A stretch of DNA of 64,000 bases, taken from NCBI GenBank assembly GCA_964016885.1, contig CAXHJY010000545.1, forward strand, positions 1 to 64,000, read 5' to 3'. This DNA is from Eledone cirrhosa. Its lineage: Eukaryota. Below are positions 54,458-64,000 of this stretch, piece by piece. The position numbers and the translations under genes are program-made. The first letter of the stretch is position 1. Each line of letters begins with the position of its first letter. The notes under the pieces are model-generated. The model did not search any database, was not told the origin of the DNA, and saw nothing but the letters and a program-made list of their open reading frames with translations.

Positions 54458-54968
54458 GTATATATATACATATATACATATATATGTATATATACATATA
54501 TATGTATATATATATGTATATATACATATATATGTATATATATACATATATACATATATATGTATATATACATATATATGTATATATATGTATATATACA
54601 TATATATGTATATATATGTATATATACATATATATGTATATATATGTATATATACATATATATGTATATATATACATATATACATATATATGTATATATA
54701 CATATATATGTATATATATATGTATATATACATATATATGTATATATATACATATATGTATATGTATATACATATATATATATATATACATATATGTATA
54801 TGTATATACATATATATATATATATACATATATGTATATATATGTATATATATACATATATGTATATATATATATATATACATATATGTATATATATATA
54901 TATACATATATGTATATATATATATATATATACATATATGTATATATATATATATATATACATATATG

Positions 54969-55035
<67 letters not shown>

Positions 55036-55072
55036 GTATATATATGTGTATATATATATATATGTATATATG

Positions 55073-55103
<31 letters not shown>

Positions 55104-55204
55104 GTATATATATATGTATGTATATATATATGTATGTATATATATATGTATGTATATATATATGTATGTATATATATATGTATGTATGTATATATATATG
55201 TATG

Positions 55205-55235
<31 letters not shown>

Positions 55236-55256
55236 GTATGTATATATATATGTATG

Positions 55257-55303
<47 letters not shown>

Positions 55304-55563
55304 GTATGTATATATATATGTATGTATATATATATGTATGTATATATATATGTATGTATATATATATATGTATGTATATATATATGTATGTATATTATAT
55401 ATATATGTATGTATATATATATGTATGTATGTATATATATATGTATGTATATATATATGTATGTATATATATATGTATGTATATATATTATATATGTATG
55501 TATATATATATGTATGTATATATATATGTATGTATATATATATATATGTATGTATATATATAT

Positions 55564-55601
<38 letters not shown>

Positions 55602-56074
55602 TATATATGTATGTATATATATATATATATGTATGTATATATATATGTATGTATATATATATATATGTATGTATTATATATATATATATGTATGTATATA
55701 TATATATATATGTATGTATATATATATATGTATGTATATATATATGTATGTATATATATATATATGTATGTATTATATATATATATATGTATGTATATAT
55801 ATATATATATGTATGTATATATATATGTATGTATTATATATATGTATGTATATATATATATATGTATGTATATATATATATATGTATGTATATATATATG
55901 TATGTATATATATATATATGTATGTATATATATATATATGTATGTATATATATATGTATGTATGTATATATATATATATGTATGTATATATATATGTATG
56001 TATCATTATGTATGTATGTATATATGTATATATGTATGTATGTATATATATATATATGTATGTATATATGTATG

Positions 56075-56106
<32 letters not shown>

Positions 56107-56626
56107 TATATGTATGTATATATATATATGTATGTATATATATATATATGTATGTATATATATATATATGTATGTATATATATATATATGTATGTATATA
56201 TATATATATGTATGTATATATATATATATGTATGTATATATATATGTATGTATATATATATATATGTATGTATATATATATATATATGTATGTATATTAT
56301 ATATATGTATGTATATATTATGTATGTATATATATATATGTATGTATTATATATATGTATGTATATATATATATATGTATGTATATATATATATATGTAT
56401 GTATATATATATATATGTATGTATATATATATATATGTATGTATATATATATATATGTATGTATATATATATATATGTATGTATATATATATATGTATGT
56501 ATATATATATATATATATATGTATGTATATATATATGTATGTATGTATATATATATATATGTATGTATATATATATGTATATATTATATATATATGTATA
56601 TATATGTATATATATATATATATATG

Positions 56627-56680
<54 letters not shown>

Positions 56681-56685
56681 GTATA

Positions 56686-56776
<91 letters not shown>
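53820..56776. repeat. Degenerate (AT)n/(TATG)n array
   Basis: Direct reading. Confidence 0.97.
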
Positions 56777-56778
<2 letters not shown>

Positions 56779-59700
56779 GTAAGTATGCATGTATACGTAC
56801 ATACATATATGTATACAGACGTACAGTAGCATGCACATATATATATATATATACATATATATATACATATGCATACAGGTACACATACATATATGCACGT
56901 ATCAGTTTAGCGGCGCTAACGTCGCTTTGTTCGTTTGTAAACAAACTGAACAGCCTGAATTTATGCCATACGGTGTTAAGGCAACCACGTCACCTTTTTG
57001 TTCAACACTGACACAGGAACGATGTACTAGTTTCAAGCTTGTTAGTTATCATCAGCACCGTTTACCCATCTGCCAGATAGTTGAACGTTCGAAAGTATAT
57101 ACTTTCCTTATGAAAATTAACGGCTGAGCAGCCTAATTTGCATATTGAGTGAGTTAAATCGGTCAGGCATACCGAAAACGATAAATTGAAACAAAATGAA
57201 AACGAAATTTCATTTCTCACTCTTAGTATGGCACTTACTTAAATGTAAGTATGCATGTATACGTACATACATATATGTATACAGACGTACAGTAGCATGC
57301 ACATATATATATATATATACATATATATATACATATGCATACAGGTACACATACATATATGCACGTATCAGTTTAGCGGCGCTAACGTCGCTTTGTTCGT
57401 TTGTAAACAAACTGAACAGCCTGAATTTATGCCATACGGTGTTAAGGCAACCACGTCACCTTTTTGTTCAACACTGACACAGGAACGATGTACTAGTTTC
57501 AAGCTTGTTAGTTATCATCAGCACCGTTTACCCATCTGCCAGATAGTTGAACGTTCGAAAGTATATACTTTCCTTATGAAAATTAACGGCTGAGCAGCCT
57601 AATTTGCATATTGAGTGAGTTAAATCGGTCAGGCATACCGAAAACGATAAATTGAAACAAAATGAAAACGAAATTTCATTTCTCACTCTTAGTATGGCAC
57701 TTACTTAAATGTAAGTATGCATGTATACGTACATACATATATGTATACAGACGTACAGTAGCATGCACATATATATATATATATACATATATATATACAT
57801 ATGCATACAGGTACACATACATATATGCACGTATCAGTTTAGCGGCGCTAACGTCGCTTTGTTCGTTTGTAAACAAACTGAACAGCCTGAATTTATGCCA
57901 TACGGTGTTAAGGCAACCACGTCACCTTTTTGTTCAACACTGACACAGGAACGATGTACTAGTTTCAAGCTTGTTAGTTATCATCAGCACCGTTTACCCA
58001 TCTGCCAGATAGTTGAACGTTCGAAAGTATATACTTTCCTTATGAAAATTAACGGCTGAGCAGCCTAATTTGCATATTGAGTGAGTTAAATCGGTCAGGC
58101 ATACCGAAAACGATAAATTGAAACAAAATGAAAACGAAATTTCATTTCTCACTCTTAGTATGGCACTTACTTAAATGTAAGTATGCATGTATACGTACAT
58201 ACATATATGTATACAGACGTACAGTAGCATGCACATATATATATATATATACATATATATATACATATGCATACAGGTACACATACATATATGCACGTAT
58301 CAGTTTAGCGGCGCTAACGTCGCTTTGTTCGTTTGTAAACAAACTGAACAGCCTGAATTTATGCCATACGGTGTTAAGGCAACCACGTCACCTTTTTGTT
58401 CAACACTGACACAGGAACGATGTACTAGTTTCAAGCTTGTTAGTTATCATCAGCACCGTTTACCCATCTGCCAGATAGTTGAACGTTCGAAAGTATATAC
58501 TTTCCTTATGAAAATTAACGGCTGAGCAGCCTAATTTGCATATTGAGTGAGTTAAATCGGTCAGGCATACCGAAAACGATAAATTGAAACAAAATGAAAA
58601 CGAAATTTCATTTCTCACTCTTAGTATGGCACTTACTTAAATGTAAGTATGCATGTATACGTACATACATATATGTATACAGACGTACAGTAGCATGCAC
58701 ATATATATATATATATACATATATATATACATATGCATACAGGTACACATACATATATGCACGTATCAGTTTAGCGGCGCTAACGTCGCTTTGTTCGTTT
58801 GTAAACAAACTGAACAGCCTGAATTTATGCCATACGGTGTTAAGGCAACCACGTCACCTTTTTGTTCAACACTGACACAGGAACGATGTACTAGTTTCAA
58901 GCTTGTTAGTTATCATCAGCACCGTTTACCCATCTGCCAGATAGTTGAACGTTCGAAAGTATATACTTTCCTTATGAAAATTAACGGCTGAGCAGCCTAA
59001 TTTGCATATTGAGTGAGTTAAATCGGTCAGGCATACCGAAAACGATAAATTGAAACAAAATGAAAACGAAATTTCATTTCTCACTCTTAGTATGGCACTT
59101 ACTTAAATGTAAGTATGCATGTATACGTACATACATATATGTATACAGACGTACAGTAGCATGCACATATATATATATATATACATATATATATACATAT
59201 GCATACAGGTACACATACATATATGCACGTATCAGTTTAGCGGCGCTAACGTCGCTTTGTTCGTTTGTAAACAAACTGAACAGCCTGAATTTATGCCATA
59301 CGGTGTTAAGGCAACCACGTCACCTTTTTGTTCAACACTGACACAGGAACGATGTACTAGTTTCAAGCTTGTTAGTTATCATCAGCACCGTTTACCCATC
59401 TGCCAGATAGTTGAACGTTCGAAAGTATATACTTTCCTTATGAAAATTAACGGCTGAGCAGCCTAATTTGCATATTGAGTGAGTTAAATCGGTCAGGCAT
59501 ACCGAAAACGATAAATTGAAACAAAATGAAAACGAAATTTCATTTCTCACTCTTAGTATGGCACTTACTTAAATGTAAGTATGCATGTATACGTACATAC
59601 ATATATGTATACAGACGTACAGTAGCATGCACATATATATATATATATACATATATATATACATATGCATACAGGTACACATACATATATGCACGTATCA

Positions 59701-62700
59701 GTTTAGCGGCGCTAACGTCGCTTTGTTCGTTTGTAAACAAACTGAACAGCCTGAATTTATGCCATACGGTGTTAAGGCAACCACGTCACCTTTTTGTTCA
59801 ACACTGACACAGGAACGATGTACTAGTTTCAAGCTTGTTAGTTATCATCAGCACCGTTTACCCATCTGCCAGATAGTTGAACGTTCGAAAGTATATACTT
59901 TCCTTATGAAAATTAACGGCTGAGCAGCCTAATTTGCATATTGAGTGAGTTAAATCGGTCAGGCATACCGAAAACGATAAATTGAAACAAAATGAAAACG
60001 AAATTTCATTTCTCACTCTTAGTATGGCACTTACTTAAATGTAAGTATGCATGTATACGTACATACATATATGTATACAGACGTACAGTAGCATGCACAT
60101 ATATATATATATATACATATATATATACATATGCATACAGGTACACATACATATATGCACGTATCAGTTTAGCGGCGCTAACGTCGCTTTGTTCGTTTGT
60201 AAACAAACTGAACAGCCTGAATTTATGCCATACGGTGTTAAGGCAACCACGTCACCTTTTTGTTCAACACTGACACAGGAACGATGTACTAGTTTCAAGC
60301 TTGTTAGTTATCATCAGCACCGTTTACCCATCTGCCAGATAGTTGAACGTTCGAAAGTATATACTTTCCTTATGAAAATTAACGGCTGAGCAGCCTAATT
60401 TGCATATTGAGTGAGTTAAATCGGTCAGGCATACCGAAAACGATAAATTGAAACAAAATGAAAACGAAATTTCATTTCTCACTCTTAGTATGGCACTTAC
60501 TTAAATGTAAGTATGCATGTATACGTACATACATATATGTATACAGACGTACAGTAGCATGCACATATATATATATATATACATATATATATACATATGC
60601 ATACAGGTACACATACATATATGCACGTATCAGTTTAGCGGCGCTAACGTCGCTTTGTTCGTTTGTAAACAAACTGAACAGCCTGAATTTATGCCATACG
60701 GTGTTAAGGCAACCACGTCACCTTTTTGTTCAACACTGACACAGGAACGATGTACTAGTTTCAAGCTTGTTAGTTATCATCAGCACCGTTTACCCATCTG
60801 CCAGATAGTTGAACGTTCGAAAGTATATACTTTCCTTATGAAAATTAACGGCTGAGCAGCCTAATTTGCATATTGAGTGAGTTAAATCGGTCAGGCATAC
60901 CGAAAACGATAAATTGAAACAAAATGAAAACGAAATTTCATTTCTCACTCTTAGTATGGCACTTACTTAAATGTAAGTATGCATGTATACGTACATACAT
61001 ATATGTATACAGACGTACAGTAGCATGCACATATATATATATATATACATATATATATACATATGCATACAGGTACACATACATATATGCACGTATCAGT
61101 TTAGCGGCGCTAACGTCGCTTTGTTCGTTTGTAAACAAACTGAACAGCCTGAATTTATGCCATACGGTGTTAAGGCAACCACGTCACCTTTTTGTTCAAC
61201 ACTGACACAGGAACGATGTACTAGTTTCAAGCTTGTTAGTTATCATCAGCACCGTTTACCCATCTGCCAGATAGTTGAACGTTCGAAAGTATATACTTTC
61301 CTTATGAAAATTAACGGCTGAGCAGCCTAATTTGCATATTGAGTGAGTTAAATCGGTCAGGCATACCGAAAACGATAAATTGAAACAAAATGAAAACGAA
61401 ATTTCATTTCTCACTCTTAGTATGGCACTTACTTAAATGTAAGTATGCATGTATACGTACATACATATATGTATACAGACGTACAGTAGCATGCACATAT
61501 ATATATATATATACATATATATATACATATGCATACAGGTACACATACATATATGCACGTATCAGTTTAGCGGCGCTAACGTCGCTTTGTTCGTTTGTAA
61601 ACAAACTGAACAGCCTGAATTTATGCCATACGGTGTTAAGGCAACCACGTCACCTTTTTGTTCAACACTGACACAGGAACGATGTACTAGTTTCAAGCTT
61701 GTTAGTTATCATCAGCACCGTTTACCCATCTGCCAGATAGTTGAACGTTCGAAAGTATATACTTTCCTTATGAAAATTAACGGCTGAGCAGCCTAATTTG
61801 CATATTGAGTGAGTTAAATCGGTCAGGCATACCGAAAACGATAAATTGAAACAAAATGAAAACGAAATTTCATTTCTCACTCTTAGTATGGCACTTACTT
61901 AAATGTAAGTATGCATGTATACGTACATACATATATGTATACAGACGTACAGTAGCATGCACATATATATATATATATACATATATATATACATATGCAT
62001 ACAGGTACACATACATATATGCACGTATCAGTTTAGCGGCGCTAACGTCGCTTTGTTCGTTTGTAAACAAACTGAACAGCCTGAATTTATGCCATACGGT
62101 GTTAAGGCAACCACGTCACCTTTTTGTTCAACACTGACACAGGAACGATGTACTAGTTTCAAGCTTGTTAGTTATCATCAGCACCGTTTACCCATCTGCC
62201 AGATAGTTGAACGTTCGAAAGTATATACTTTCCTTATGAAAATTAACGGCTGAGCAGCCTAATTTGCATATTGAGTGAGTTAAATCGGTCAGGCATACCG
62301 AAAACGATAAATTGAAACAAAATGAAAACGAAATTTCATTTCTCACTCTTAGTATGGCACTTACTTAAATGTAAGTATGCATGTATACGTACATACATAT
62401 ATGTATACAGACGTACAGTAGCATGCACATATATATATATATATACATATATATATACATATGCATACAGGTACACATACATATATGCACGTATCAGTTT
62501 AGCGGCGCTAACGTCGCTTTGTTCGTTTGTAAACAAACTGAACAGCCTGAATTTATGCCATACGGTGTTAAGGCAACCACGTCACCTTTTTGTTCAACAC
62601 TGACACAGGAACGATGTACTAGTTTCAAGCTTGTTAGTTATCATCAGCACCGTTTACCCATCTGCCAGATAGTTGAACGTTCGAAAGTATATACTTTCCT

Positions 62701-62736
62701 TATGAAAATTAACGGCTGAGCAGCCTAATTTGCATA
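56777..62736 (-). repeat. 466-bp tandem array, about 12.8 apparently identical units, one hammerhead per unit (retrozyme-like satellite)
   Basis: Identical ORF translations recur every 466 bp; hammerhead at 57018-57062 + 466k, k=0-12. Confidence 0.96.
57018..57062 (-). ncRNA. Minimal type I hammerhead ribozyme, first of 13 minus-strand copies
   Basis: AACGGUG-CUGAUGA-UAACUAACAAGCUU-GAAA-CUAG-UA-CAUCGUU; 7-bp stem I, palindromic stem III ACUAGU, weak stem II. Confidence 0.8.
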
Positions 62737-64000
62737 CTTACATTTAAGTAAGTGCCATACTAAGAGTGAGAAATGAAATTTCGTTTTCATTTTGTTTCAA
62801 TTTATCGTTTTCGGTATGCCTGACCGATTTAACTCACTCAATATGCAAATTAGGCTGCTCAGCCGTTAATTTTCATAAGGAAAGTATATACTTTCGAACG
62901 TTCAACTATCTGGCAGATGGGTAAACGGTGCTGATGATAACTAACAAGCTTGAAACTAGTACATCGTTCCTGTGTCAGTGTTGAACAAAAAGGTGACGTG
63001 GTTGCCTTAACACCGTATGGCATAAATTCAGGCTGTTCAGTTTGTTTACAAACGAACAAAGCGACGTTAGCGCCGCTAAACTGATACGTGCATATATGTA
63101 TGTGTACCTGTATGCATATGTATATATATATGTATATATATATATATATGTGCATGCTACTGTACGTCTGTATACATATATGTATGTACGTATACATGCA
63201 TACTTACATTTAAGTAAGTGCCATACTAAGAGTGAGAAATGAAATTTCGTTTTCATTTTGTTTCAATTTATCGTTTTCGGTATGCCTGACCGATTTAACT
63301 CACTCAATATGCAAATTAGGCTGCTCAGCCGTTAATTTTCATAAGGAAAGTATATACTTTCGAACGTTCAACTATCTGGCAGATGGGTAAACGGTGCTGA
63401 TGATAACTAACAAGCTTGAAACTAGTACATCGTTCCTGTGTCAGTGTTGAACAAAAAGGTGACGTGGTTGCCTTAACACCGTATGGCATAAATTCAGGCT
63501 GTTCAGTTTGTTTACAAACGAACAAAGCGACGTTAGCGCCGCTAAACTGATACGTGCATATATGTATGTGTACCTGTATGCATATGTATATATATATGTA
63601 TATATATATATATATGTGCATGCTACTGTACGTCTGTATACATATATGTATGTACGTATACATGCATACTTACATTTAAGTAAGTGCCATACTAAGAGTG
63701 AGAAATGAAATTTCGTTTTCATTTTGTTTCAATTTATCGTTTTCGGTATGCCTGACCGATTTAACTCACTCAATATGCAAATTAGGCTGCTCAGCCGTTA
63801 ATTTTCATAAGGAAAGTATATACTTTCGAACGTTCAACTATCTGGCAGATGGGTAAACGGTGCTGATGATAACTAACAAGCTTGAAACTAGTACATCGTT
63901 CCTGTGTCAGTGTTGAACAAAAAGGTGACGTGGTTGCCTTAACACCGTATGGCATAAATTCAGGCTGTTCAGTTTGTTTACAAACGAACAAAGCGACGTT
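62731..64000 (+). repeat. Inverted arm of the 466-bp array (2.7+ units, runs off window); hammerheads at 62924-62968, 63390-63434, 63856-63900
   Basis: Reverse-complement units; TGCATA microhomology at 62731-62736. Confidence 0.95.

Noticed and set aside
56789-63991. Repeated 66-112 aa ORFs in the 466-bp array
   Set aside because: Low complexity, no recognisable domain; by-products of the repeat
56777-64000. CRISPR array or 5S/snRNA/tRNA gene cluster
   Set aside because: No unique spacers and no recognisable 5S, U snRNA or tRNA sequence

Overview
Eukaryotic, gene-free window, probably cephalopod (Octopus-like, inferred from a recalled SINE core and LINE tail). Roughly half is degenerate (AT)n microsatellite, so the I/Y/M/C-rich ORFs are artefacts. 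The arrays hold many retroelements: two related Penelope-like families (RT + C-terminal GIY-YIG, Naiad-like; one 1268-aa open ORF in partial-tandem pLTR form, plus inverted copies), an R4/Dong RLE non-LTR element, CR1-group LINE fragments, a four-copy non-autonomous retroposon and MITE-like elements. Minimal type I hammerhead ribozyme motifs occur in six different elements. One sits in every unit of an apparently homogeneous 466-bp tandem array (about 13 copies, then a fold-back inversion and 2.7+ inverted copies) that abuts the (AT)n tract with the same junction style as the Penelope-like elements. This suggests a retrozyme-type RNA copied as a concatemer by a microsatellite-targeting RT. All comparisons were made by eye.
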